DNA of 64,000 bases from Dimorphilus gyrociliatus. Its lineage: Eukaryota > Animalia > Annelida. The position numbers were made by a program, and so were the translations under genes. Each line of letters begins with the position of its first letter. Positions within the stretch are counted from its first letter, which is position 1. Below the pieces are notes generated by a model that did not search any database, was not told the origin of the DNA, and was given only the letters and a program-made list of their open reading frames with translations. The stretch covers positions 3,224,001 to 3,288,000 of the forward strand of contig CAJFCJ010000001.1 in NCBI GenBank assembly GCA_904063045.1, written 5' to 3'. Of this stretch, positions 14,596-28,144 are shown piece after piece.

Positions 14596-17500
14596 ATTTT
14601 CTTCTTCTCTTTTGTTATTTTATTTTAAACAAAAAAAAGATGAAATTTTAATCGGAAGATAAAAAAGATTTTTTTATTTTTTTTTAAAAAAAAAACCAAC
14701 AACAGCAAAAATGGAAAAAATATTCAAAATTAAAATAATACAATATATTTTCATAGAGAAAGTGAAAAAATATAGAAATTGATATAGTTCGTTTAATTAA
14801 CTCGCTTAATTAGGCATATAATTAGTTTTAACTTTCAAGGTTATTAGTACGTTCTTTTAAATATTTCGTGCTGGCAAAATTAAATCATATATACAATGGG
14901 CGTTGTACTTCCCCTCGAGTTTATTGTATTTACTATAAACCTTTAAGTATCATTTCTAGTTTCGAACTGATTTCTCTTTATGTTATTATTCTCTCTCTCT
15001 CTCTCTGCCTTCCTCCCTCCCTCCCTCCCTCCTTTTTCCTCTTTCTATCTTTCAAAATCAACTACTTATCGTGGGTCTTTTTTATTAAAGGTTCTTCTCC
15101 CAATCGTCTTTACCCTATATGTAAAGCCTTTAATTGAATCATAGATCAATTTTAAGCCCCGTATAAACTCACCCTTATTATATTTATGGACAAAGGAAGC
15201 TTGAGAAAATAGAATAAAATAGCTCACATATTCAACGCCTTTTCCAATTCTACTTAACCCTTCTCCTTCATCACCTTATCCACCTTCTTCCACATTTCCT
15301 TCTTATTTTATGTTTCTATTATACTTCAAATGTTTTAGCCTGTTCGATTTTTCAATTTCTGTTATATAGTACAATGGTTTCTAAAGGGAAAAAGAACTTC
15401 TAGCGTCTAAAGGTTGTTGTAGTTTTTTTTTGTTCATTAAGACGTTAAGACTTATCTTATGAAATAAGATATAAAAAGTAATTTTCCTACAAGCTCGGCT
15501 AATTTTCTTAAAGATGTTTATATATGTAGATATCTGAAAAATTGATACTATTTCATTTTTTTATCAATAATCTAAGATGTTTTATATAAACTGTAATATA
15601 TACAGTTGTTATTTTAACTTTTTTTTCGATCTAAAGACAAGTAGTAGATCTTATTATCCTCTCTCTCTCTCTCTCTCTCTTTTCTATACTACCTATCCAT
15701 CTTATATTTCACTATAAGAAAAAACAAAGATAATTTTTATTGAACATAAGAAATAAATTACCAACAACAACGTTGATAAAAAAATATATATAAGAGTTTC
15801 AAACATTTATATTACTGCTGTGTCTGTCGATTATTATATCCTGCTTAATAGATATTACATAGCACTTAAAAACATTAGAGGTATTTGCATATTGAATCCG
15901 GTGAGATATGTATTCCATTTACAATAACCACTGAAAAACTCGTTTTTGGATAGGAAAAAAAATAGACAATTTCTCTTTTTTTTCTTTTTATACAGTATAA
16001 ATGCCGTTGATATATATTTGTTGTTTTCCTCTTTCGGTTGTTTCTTACGTAACTTCCGTCATTATTCTTCTCTTTTTATATTCTACCATTGAATAGGCCA
16101 TTGTCAAGTTCATATTTGTATGCTCTCATACAAACTTATAGTGAGTATAAAAGTGATTTTATCGTCTCCTCATCCTCTTTTCGTTGATATTCTCATTGAA
16201 GGGAAGAAAATGGGGTATTAACTTACCTTCTCTAAAATAGGATTTACTCATATTTTTTATTAAAGTTGTATTAAATTTTCTTTCTTTTGTTGCTCTGAGA
16301 TTGCGGTTGAAAAACATAGTTTTGTATACCAACTTCCTGAGAAAGAGATAAAGACAGAGAGACAGAGAGAGAGGAAAAGAAATAAGAATCTAATATAATT
16401 TTCTTCCATTAGAGTAATTAATAAAGACGAATTAATACGAGAATCGTACAAAATTAATTATTCTAATTTGACTATCAACTTATTATTCTATTACTTCAAT
16501 CTGTATAAAATATACAAATAAACTGTTTATTAAAGGAATTTCTATATAATACAGGTAAGAGTATACTGTATATATTTATCCAACAATGCCGTATAATTGT
16601 ATACCTACTGTGAAATGAGTAGTTTAAGAATAAATAACTATTGGTTTCCAACTTAAATTTCTCACTTACCGCCAATTTACTTAATAGTCTTATTAAAGAG
16701 TATTTATAAGAAATTATCGGAAGTGAGAAAACCAATTCTCTGTCTATAACGATACAGGTAACATATATTGTATACCTTATAGAGAAAGAAGGAATATAAA
16801 TATCAAATATGACGTATTAGTATTAATATGTATATCTCATCTATACTGTATGTAGTATATAAATATAAATTTTGTATATCACTATCAATAAAGGAAGAGA
16901 ACTTGTGAATTATGAGATAGTACAAATGATAAATAAACAGTAACGTTCTTTTAATATTTCATAGCATTTTAAATAATAAAAAAGGTATAACTATAGTTTT
17001 TGCTTTCTTAGCAATTCCTATAATTCACTTATTCCTATTGCATGCTTTTAAAGGATTCATTTACAGAATCATGGTATTTCGAGCTAAAGTATAAATAGAA
17101 AATCACGATTTTACCTTCACTAGGCTTCATTTGAATTTTATTTTAACACATGATTTGGAAATCTCCAGATGTTACTAAAACTTATAGAAAGTATATAAAG
17201 GATGCAATATATATATATATATATATATACTGTACATGAGCTTAATCGAAGACTACTACTGTAATCTATTTCCAAGTTTTATTGCACTATCCTTAAAAGA
17301 TGTCATTTTGACTAAGTAAATGATTAATTCGATAGCTTTTTTTAACCTTAATTAAAGATAGAAAATAATTCTTTGTTGTTGGCTTTAAAAAAAAGAATAT
17401 TTTATTTTCGTCAAGTCTCATTTGTACTAAAAGATACTCTATTACATTCACACTATAAATATATATGCATATATACCTTTATTTCGAGATCTTATCCTTC

Positions 17501-19311
17501 ATCTTCCCTTCCCCCACACACAAACACACACACATACATACAAACTCTCTCTCTCTCTCTCTCTCTATCTATCTCTCCTGCCCCTGGCTCTTCCCCACCT
17601 TCTTTTCTACTTCGTTTTTGGCCATCTACCCATCTCATTCACTTCTCTTATTTTTAAAAGCTCTGTCTTGAGAAAAATAAATAATTTTTTCCTTTAAGGC
17701 GATAATACTCTTTAGCTATGCGAATAAAATGTCCAACTAATCCGTTTACTTGTAAGTAACAACAATTTCTAATCTCTCTTCATTCGCAGTTGGAATGTCG
17801 AAGGGTCTGATATAATGTACGCTATTATTGCGTCTATTTATTTATTAACGCCCTTTACGCATTGAGAATTTATTCCATTTCCTTATATTTCTTTCTCTTT
17901 CTCGTCTTACAGAAAAGAAATTTTTATTTGCATACAAAGAGCTTATTATAATTAAGCAATTAAATGGAATTACCAACTATAAAAAGCATCTACTTATTAT
18001 CTAAAATAAGACAAGTACTATTAGTAGACATTAAATAACGATCGTTTTGATTCTTTGTATTTTATCCTAAAATTTTCTATAAATAGTAAATTAGACAGGC
18101 AGACAGACAGATAGAGGGTTTTGGAGGGAAAGGAGAGAGAGAGTGTGTGTGTATGAGAGAGAGAGAGAGAGAGAGGAGTGTGAGGTAGAAGAGGAGGATG
18201 AATGAAAAGAGATATCTAACGAAACATCCTGGAAGAGAACAAAGCTAGGACAAAGAGTTTTATTTGAAGAAAATCACGTCTTAGAGGGGAAAATGGCAGA
18301 TTATAAACAATAGCACAATAGAATTAGCGAGAGGAAATAGTCCATGGGCCAAAGAAATTTTCACTAGTTTTCTCTTCTTTTTTGGTAAAATTTAAAATAG
18401 TTGAGAGAATATAGCATCTTTTAAAAGTTTCACGTACGTCGCCTTTAATTACGTTGGTTGGGAGTCGCAGGGAAACCTCCTTTTTGCTTAACAGTAAGGC
18501 TTTCGCAGCTTGTAAGCTAAAACATTAACCATAACAGCTGTAAAGGTTAGAGGAATTCTGGGAAAGAGTGAAAATACTGTATTCATTTGTATACAAATCC
18601 TAATGAATAGGAAATTGAAAAAACATTTCCAAAAACCGCAAAATAGTTTTAATCAATCGCACTGTCGCGTCACGCCGATAAGTCTTTTAGCCTTGACAAT
18701 CGAACTGTTTGGTAATATTATTCATAAAGGATCGAGTTCGATTTGCACCTCAATTTTCTCTCTTTCAGCCTCTCAACTACTAAAACTACGACGTCGTTGG
18801 TCTTACAAAGATTTTTACCCTTTCTCCCCCCTCTCTCCTATTCTATTCCACCTCCCACTACCGCCCCCATTACAATCTTATGCTTTTTAGATGAAAAAAG
18901 ACTCGTCGAATACAATGCGTTTTATCCTCGCGAGCCAATCGAAAGGGGCGAAATGTTATCCTTCTTAAGAAAAATTGTTTGGTTTAAATATTGCAAGACA
19001 ATTTTCCTTACTTTCTCTTCACGCCAACCTTTACTAATCAAATTTAGCTTTTTAATATACGAAAGAGACGCTATTTCTAATCAGAACATTTTATTATTGT
19101 ATCCTCTTACCCTAGCTGAAGGTGTACTCTATAATATTTCTTAATGATGACAATGCCCCTTTAAACCCCATTAATCCCTGCGCATGACTGGGCTAATTGT
19201 TGCGCGCAATCCATCATTTGAATCTTAATAATAATTTGCCTATTTTTTCAATGCTTTTTATGTCTTTGTATGTTTTAATTATCTTTAAAGTTGAGTAACG
19301 CAGCAAAAGAT

Positions 19312-19345
<34 letters not shown>

Positions 19346-22300
19346 GTGGGGGGAGGGGGGAGAGGGAGGGATAGTGACGATATTTTTTGTATATGTGTGA
19401 CCTTAATCCTCTTATATATATATTTCGTACGGAAATATCATCAAAAAAAATCTGGTAACATTTTATTTCTTATAAATGACTTAGAAGGAAACGTGTTGAT
19501 TTGTTTATTTATCCGGAAGGTAGAAAATGCACTTTAAAACCTAAATTTCTTAAGAATTAAGTTACTTTAGAGGGTAAAAATTTCATTTTTTGTTCCTGTT
19601 TCTTTTTTTTTATTTAAAAAAGCAACAAAAAACTTTATTTTATTTTTATTTTATATTTATTTTTTAGACTAAAAGAATAGAGAAAAAAAATTCAATATAA
19701 TTCGATTATTTCTTTAAAGCAGCTGCCCTAAATAAACAGATTTTAATTCGAAATGTAACTATTTTCTCTTTTGTGTATTTATTCAAATTCATTAGCAAAT
19801 CATCACATACTTAGGTATTGATTAAGTAACTTATTTTAACGATAACAACCGACTTTAAGACTTTATAATGAATATATAATTATAAATTAATATCTTAAAA
19901 AAGAATTGCACTGTCTATTCTTTTTGTTTCTATAGAAGTATATTGATGAAATGTAAGTATAGGCCTATGGCTTGCACTCTTCCCTCTCCCCTCCCTCTCC
20001 CTTCCCTCTCCCCTACCTCGTCTCTTTCCCTCTTTTCTTTATTCTACACCAATTTCTTTTATAGCCCTCGTTTTTATCATTGAAAAGAAACAAGAAAAAT
20101 TATGTTTATTTTTTATTGTTCTTTATTCTAGATGACCTCATTTCTAGCACTCAAATCAGATTTAAACTATAAAGATCAATTGGAAATGATACGTTCATCA
20201 AAACGACTCGTTTAAGAACATTGTTTTTAATTCTTTAAAAACACTCAGGCTGTAAATAAATAAATAAACAAATGGCACTTACAGAATAAGTATACCTAAT
20301 ATATATATAGTACACGTGTTGCCATCTTTTGGAATTATCATATCAACAGATATTTATGTATATAGAATACTTATCTATAAATAATATTTTGATAATTGCG
20401 CCTTAACCTTATTAACACAATTCTTATAAAATAAAAGAAATATATCTAAAGAGGAAGTGATCGATAGATGAGAAACCGCGTAAATGAATGAGTGAAAAGA
20501 GTATACCTCTTTTCGGTTGTCAGATATCTATCCACAATAGGAAGAAAAAGGCAACTAGAAACGCTTAAGGGCATTCTTAACACTTTATAATGAACTGATT
20601 ATTTCTTCTACTAGGTTTTTCTATAAAGATTTACTAGATGTGTACAATCAATTTTCTATAAAAGGACAGCCTGCTTGCCCCCTTTGGTTGTTATAACTAG
20701 CCAACTCACGTTTCCTAGCCATTTAATATTTTAAAGATGCTAACAATGTCATTCTCCCCTTTCTTTCTATTTCACATTCATCGTTTCTGCATTCATTCTT
20801 TCTTTATTTATATGAAATACTAAAAATATAAAAATAATCAGTTTTGTTTGTTACTATAATTTATATGTGTCCGCTAGTAGACAACCAAAACCACTTTATC
20901 CGAGTCAATCCATAATCTTTCTAGGAGAGAACAGATCGATTTCGTCACACGAATGGCTATAAAAGGAATAGATAAACATATCTAAAGAGTGAGAATATGG
21001 ACTTGTAACTAAATTGATTAAGATGAAGAAGTACTAAGAAAACAAAATAAATAAGGATTATATTTAGTAAAATAATTCTATAAGAGATGCAGAATAAGAA
21101 ACTTAAAAGCAGTGTACACTTTCAAAGATTTATCAAATACTGTAGGAGTAAAAGAGGCATTACTTTAATCATGAATTTGTTATAACAGTTTTTCGTCATT
21201 TTTCGCCCCCTGCCCAACCACCCCCTCCCCCTCACTCACTCTCTCTCTTTCTTTCTCTCTCTCTCTCTCTCATACACACACACACTCTCTCTGTCCTTTC
21301 TTCATCTCCCTCCCCTTTTTTTATCGATAATAAATATTTATAGGAAAAAACTTGGCAAAAACGATTATGAATTCAAGGTATTCATTTATTCTTACTTGAA
21401 AACCTAAATTAAATAAACAACAATGTAGATAAACAAACTTAATAATGCGATAAACAAACCATCTCTTTTCTTTTTTCGTTCTTCCATTTCTCTATCACTC
21501 CTTCCAGTTTCTAGTATAAAAAATATTTGCAATTTTGCCAGTCTTTAACCTTTTCTTTATATGATTTACATCGATAAGCTATAGACATCGTCTTGTATTA
21601 TTACTTTTCATTCTAAATTATCTTTAAAGTTATACTTTTCCATTTTGTATATTTCTTCTTCCACTTTACAGTATTAAATTATTGCAGTATTTCTTTTTTA
21701 ACCATTTCTTTGCATTCTCAGCTAGTCCTTTTCGTGTTAATGATACAAAAATCTAAAGAAATCCTCTACCTTCTCTTTTTTCCCCTTCTCACCTCTTCGC
21801 TCCACACCTCCCTTCTTCCCTCATTCTCACTCTCACTCCCTCTCTTTCTGTCTCTAAGCTCTAATTATATTAACTCTAATTGTATTTTAGAATCTATGTC
21901 AAAAAATTGAGCTCTTTGCAATTTGCACGTTCCTTTCAATTGGTAACTTTGTATTTTAATTCATTCACATCATTTTTCTCCTAATTGTTTAGTTTTCTCA
22001 GAAATGAAAGGATTTTCTTATTTAATTTTGTACAATAAAATACAAAAGAAGAGGGAAATATTTCTTAAGAATATAAAAGTCAATTTGCAAAATTATTTTG
22101 TGATTAAAGAGAAAGGAAAACAGTGAGAAAAATAAGATAATAAGAGAAGTATCACTGACTTTCTATTTATTGTTTTTTATATAGTTTATACAGTATATAC
22201 TAATACAATATATAAATTTATACTATATAAATATACAGTTTATTAGCATATCACTAAAAATTCAAGGGTTGATTCAAAATATCTAGATAATAAAAGTAAA

Positions 22301-24873
22301 GAAAAGTGAAATTTCCTTCAAATTAGTTGATAAGTTTTTATTCATTTTATTGATATATTTTATAGATGTTGTAATAGTAAAATTTGATTACGTTGTGTTA
22401 GTTTTAGTCAAACTAATCCAGAGTTTCTCTATTTCTTCTATCTCTGTTTGTATCTATAATCTATAACAATCTCTATTTCTAATTAATTTGAAAACGTAAA
22501 AGCTTAATCGATAAGTGAAGAATCATTATAATGAAAGCACAAGTCTAATCATTCGCTATTTGATTAACAACATACGGTAATTGACGGCTAATTTTTTATT
22601 GTACAAAATATTTATAATAAAGAATATATATATATATATATCGCCATCTGTTGATGAAAAAGGAAAAATTGATGAAAACTTCGTTAGAGTTGGTTTTATC
22701 ACATTACTAAGGAGAAACTGCTTTACAACTAATTACTTAAAAAGTAAAGACAGTTGAAAGACAGTTGAAAGACAGCTCTTACCTCCTCGGAAAGATTCAT
22801 TTATAATAGCAAGAGATAAGAGTATATGAAATGCCAAGTTTTATACCTTAATTAGAATATAAAAATTGATAATAGTCTATTCTGATTCCTATTCAAACAT
22901 TAAAATGATAATAACTAAATGAATAGAATGATGTAATTAAATATTTAACATAAAAAGAAGAGAGGATTTTTTAGGTTGACACTTGACAATAAATTTGATA
23001 AATTGATAAACGACGAAATATCTTTACTATAAAAACTTTACTGTAAAAATTCTTTACATCTCTTTAATCATCGTCTCTCTGTCTCTCTTTTGCTCTTCTC
23101 TTCTCGTCTTCTTTTCGTCTATTCCCCTGTCTTTTTCTTATGATAGATTAGGACATTTTTCGACTCGGGTATTTTCTTTTCCAAAATATTAATCCTATAA
23201 TCGTATAAATCCAATATTACACTTACACATTTTGTAAATTACGATTTATCATTCATTCATTCATTTTCTTGTGTCAAAACGTTTGAATAAGCTTTCAGCA
23301 TTATTAAATTCTTTAATATCTACCTTTTAGGTCAATTTCTTAGAGAATTTAGAAAGGGTGAACAAATTATAGTAGAATATATGGTATATCCTATATATAC
23401 ATATACAGTGTTACAGTGAAACGATTTCACTTTCCAAGTAAATATAAGGCCAAGTGGAAGAATACTAAAGGTGAAAGGTTTCTAAATATTAAAGTTTTTT
23501 ATAGAAAAAAAGACGCTTTATTCCTTTTTGTTCCGTTTTATTGATAAGAATCACTGATGATATTACTATCTGTTCCGTATAGATTTATATATGACGTCAC
23601 AGTAAATAAACATATATTTAAAGGATTTATATAGAATTATTGCATTGGTTGAAAAACATGGAAATATATACAGAAGAGAAATGATCAGTAAGCTATACAA
23701 TACGGTTATAAAGTAAAAGGGAAGAAAGCAACTTGTACATACGGTATCTCTAACATATATACAATACATTGTAGATGCTTAAGAGCGTTAAGTCATTCAT
23801 ATGTAATTATTAATATGAAAAGCACAAGAACGAGAAAATATAGACGAACAAAAAAGAAAACTCAGGGATTTAGTACTATCCATTAGGTTTTAATCATTGT
23901 GTTCTATTTCCAAGTTTTTTCCTTTTGTCTCTGGGTTAAGAGACAAAAAATAATTACTCCATCTACAGACACTTTAGTCTATTTATTCATAGATATTTAC
24001 ATTTTATTTTTTTGTATACACTTGTGACGTAGGATATTTGCTTATGAGGATAAAAATAACCATTATTTTGTATCTTCTGTAAGAAGATGAGGTAAAGAAC
24101 GAATAAAATAACTATTAACAAATAATTTGTGTCTATTTAGTTTCAATTGAATGTTTACTTGTTTTCTCTTTTAGAATAATAAATATATACTGCTTATACT
24201 AATATTTAAGGCATGAACGAAAGAAAGAAACAAAGAAGAAGAAAAGCTTTACTTTAATAAACAAGCTATGGATGAATAAATAAAATAATTAATTAATTAA
24301 CAAAATAGTTAATTACTTAGTAAAATAGTTAGGGCCAATAAGTGTAAATATTCTTGATCCGCAATTTTTGCGTTGTTTATATTACTTTTACACGAAATGT
24401 ACTTTATTATTCTGTTAAAGGTCATTTAATATTTCTTTATAAATATTATTTCGTATACTATACCTGCATTAGGTAAGCGTTCATTGATTATTGCCTTCAG
24501 TCTTACGTTACCCATATCTATATATATTTATACGAGAAAAACGTATTCTAAAGAATAGAAAGAGGAGGGAGGATAAGGAAAAAAATAAAGAAAACAGAAG
24601 AATAGAGAAGATAGATAAAGATAGAAAGCCAGACGGAGAAAGAGAGAGATAGGGAGAGAGAGAAATAAAAAACAAGTTGAACGAATTGAAAACAGCTAGT
24701 GATGAGAAAAAAAGAGTATAAATAGAAGTTTTATAGTGTTTAAGGTCATAATTCTCCATGATTCAATATAGTAATTTTCAATTAATGATAAATAATTTAT
24801 TGTACAAACTAGAAACTGGCAAGAAAACATGAGAAAATCCAATTAAGCCGATTATTTAGTAAATTTATTAAAG

Positions 24874-25845
24874 TTAAGAGTATCTTGAACCGGCAATCGC
24901 ACAAGACAATAAATCTTTAAGTCTCTTTCTAAAAGTTCTACTTAAAGTTGTGTAAATTAGAAAACTACAAGCTGCGTTGACATTGACTAAGAATTTACTT
25001 ACGTGATTTAAAATATAAATTACATCTAAACATTCCTCACGTTCAACAGTGTTTCTCATTAAATGATAAATTGCAATGGGAAATTGGCAAACTATCGTTG
25101 TAGCTACAACAATCAACAAAATAATTGTTACTTCATTATTCGGTTTAGCCATTCTTTTCTTTTCACTTTCGGCCATATGCGTAAATTGGTTATTCATCTC
25201 CTTAGCTCTCTTTTGTTGAAGAACAAAGACAATCCGACCGGTGAATAGCAACATAATAACTATCGGCCCAAAAACATAAAATACAGTTACGCTGTAAACT
25301 TTATAGCCGTTATTATAACTTTGAGAGAGGCCGAATGACGTTTTATTTTCTCGGATTGTTCCGTTAACATTCTTAAATTCGTATTCAAAGAATCTTGGGA
25401 GATTAAACATAAGAACCAGCAAAAGGGTTAAACATATATAGATTTTCGTTCGAAATGTTGTCCAAACAAATCTTACTTCCAGAGGTTTACAAATTGCCCA
25501 ATATCTGTTTACCGATATTAGAATGGCTATCCATAAATTATTCATATGGAAAACTGGAATGAAAATCCAAAAGTATCTGATATATGGCCATGTTATCCAC
25601 CATTGAGGGCACATTCGGGTGTATCCGCACCCATAAGGAATTGAATCTACGATTATGACGGTAATCAGTAAAGCAAGACCATTGATTAGAAGCCATTTTA
25701 GTAGGATATTTGCCGAATTTTGTTTACTTTCTTTTGTTTTAGAGAAAACGATAACTGATAGTAAATTTCCAGGTATTCCAATAGCGCAAACGATTGAATA
25801 AAGTATAGTCCATACAATAAACGAGAATAAGCGGCACTTCTCCAT
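24874..25845 (-). CDS. Intronless class A orphan GPCR, FMRFamide-receptor/Srw-like, 323 aa
   Basis: Seven hydrophobic segments; GIPGNLLS (TM1), SVNRYWAICKP (DRY variant), NLPRFFEY (TM4/ECL2 signature of FMRFaR-like receptors), CQFP (TM6), FLIY...FR (TM7/helix 8). Confidence 0.85.
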   Translation of the reverse strand: MEKCRLFSFIVWTILYSIVCAIGIPGNLLSVIVFSKTKESKQNSANILLKWLLINGLALLITVIIVDSIPYGCGYTRMCPQWWITWPYIRYFWIFIPVFHMNNLWIAILISVNRYWAICKPLEVRFVWTTFRTKIYICLTLLLVLMFNLPRFFEYEFKNVNGTIRENKTSFGLSQSYNNGYKVYSVTVFYVFGPIVIMLLFTGRIVFVLQQKRAKEMNNQFTHMAESEKKRMAKPNNEVTIILLIVVATTIVCQFPIAIYHLMRNTVEREECLDVIYILNHVSKFLVNVNAACSFLIYTTLSRTFRKRLKDLLSCAIAGSRYS

Positions 25846-28037
25846 ATGGTTTTGATGAAGTATTGGAAATATTTTCCTTTAATTATTCATAATACATATT
25901 TACCTTATTCTCGTCATGTGATTGCAGTATTTGTGTTTATGGCGATGTACGTTTATACTGATATGTTAAAAAAAACAATCTATTATAATACAAATATAGT
26001 ATTTGGATTATCTATTAGTTTAGAATTTCATAATACTTACCAAGTAGTAAAATCGTCTTAAATGCTAGTACGCTAGTAAGGGACAATACGAAACAAAGCT
26101 TATTCAAGAAATTCCCCTTTTTACTTAATACTTATTCAATGAATATAGTATTTCAAATGAAATTGTTCCTCTATATACTAATACATACATATATATATAT
26201 ATATATATTCATGTATTTATCTTATTTATCTATACAAATCTACATATATAGGCTACAATTATGAGAGTATAGATTACTTTGCGTTCGCTATCTTTCTCTT
26301 AATTATCTTTTTTTATAGAAGTATTAGTTTATCATTATAAAGTTATTGATGGAGTGGAGAAAGAATAGATTAATTACTATTTAATAAAACTTTCTTCAGT
26401 GTATTCCTTCATTTTTTATATACAGTATATGAATTATCTAACCAATTAAGGATTAATCTCTATATTCTCTTTATAAGAGTTATGTGTACAAGATAACTTT
26501 ATATGTAGGTATGAATGATTTGTATATATATAATGTATATGATTACAAAATTGGCAAAAATCTCTAATCCTCTGGTCTGTCATGTCTAATTTTGATAAAA
26601 ATTAAACATATCTCTTTATCAAATCATTTAGGAAATGAGCTATTCTATATTTATATTTAGGATATATTTGATATTTTTTCTATTTCTCTTTTTTCCTATC
26701 CTTTTCTCTTTATCCTTTCCCTTCATCTTGTGCATTTAATGCGTTTACATCTAAGTAAACTTCCCTTTACCTGACAGATTATAGGGCTTCTCGTTCACTT
26801 TTCTTCCTCTGATACCAATTCCCCTTCCCCAGCCATTTTACACTATCTACACGGACGCTATGTTTATTAAAAATTGTTTTCTTTCTCTTGTTTCTAAGAG
26901 CCAATTTCATTGACTTTGACCTATCCGCCCAGTTGACAACCGAGAACTGACCATTAGAAAGACGGAATCAATAGTTATAGTATATCTACCGTATAAATAT
27001 GCTAATTGTATTTTATCAAGATTAAATATACATATTTTAGTTATCTCTCTTTAGATTAATTTCTATTTTTCTCTGTGGTCTTTTTAAAATGAAGAATATT
27101 TGAAAAGGTTTGATTCGTTTTTTCTTTAAAAATCGTGTAAATATTAGCTAATCGGAGCTGGAGAGATCAGCCTTCTACCATCCTACTACGTGACTTTTTA
27201 TGTTTGGCAGAGAAAAAGTTTAACTTTCTTGTTACTACTACTCCTACCAATTTCAGTCTATAAGCACGAGAAAGAGTACAGCCATGTCCATTGAGAGAGT
27301 AAAAGTATAAATGATTATATAAGTAAGATATTATGATATAAACTTTCTTAATGTATATTTATATAAATAGTCATGTAGTTGGTTATTTTTATATTTATCT
27401 ATTTAGACAGATTATCTTCGAGTGAAGAGTATATACAGTTTCTAAAATATATCGGTTAAAGGGAGTATTAAATAAGCTTCCTCTTTGAATACGACCAAAT
27501 TATTTCTCCCTTCTATATTTCTCTTCTCCATTGCTAGTCAATTGACTATGATCACCCTTTTTCAAATTAGTCATTCCTCTTCTAAGGGCTTCAATAGTTT
27601 CAACTATTCAGATTACAATAAAGAATAGAAAGAATTCTTGTACAAGTCCTTTATTTATTTAGTTCACAATTTAATGGTTAGATTTATAATATCACCTCTA
27701 AGAGAGCTAATTCCTTCAGCCAATGACGCGAATAATTAAAACCTCCATCTAGTGTATGAAGAGAAAAATTTTTATCGTTATTACATTAATTGTACGTATT
27801 TAAAGAACTTTTTATAAGATTTCCTTTCATCTTTCTTATCATTTCTTTCCACATTCTTCCTCCGTCTAATGATTAGAATAGGTCTATAGGTATAAAACGT
27901 GAAAAAATAGCTTTTGTTATGCAGTTATTAACTGATATCTATCTATCAAACTAGCTTATGATAGAATTCTTTTGATTTAGTGGAAGAAGGTATTCTGATA
28001 TAGCATATTTGCTTTTGAATTAAAATTGACTAGTTGA

Positions 28038-28042
28038 CCAAT
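28038..28042 (+). promoter_or_regulatory. CCAAT box upstream of C1
   Basis: TTGACCAATAAG, 107 bp before ATG 28145; similar placement in paralogues. Confidence 0.4.
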
Positions 28043-28144
28043 AAGAATCCACCAGTCAGATTACATTTACATTGAATTAAATGTAGTAGGTATTGTTTTC
28101 AGCAGTCATTCTAGTATACTGGAATTTGTGTGACAGAATAAATT

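Noticed and set aside
17718-17813. Apparent 38-nt GT-AG mini-intron with flanking micro-ORF
   Set aside because: The spliced product is only ~19 aa with no motif, and the intron is shorter than any validated in the window
281-24759. Numerous 60-130 aa ORFs rich in I/Y/L/S/F (e.g. 5430-5702, 13343-13591, 17373-17671, 18743-19144, 24508-24759)
   Set aside because: Translations of (TA)n/(CT)n microsatellite-rich non-coding DNA, with no domains or splice logic
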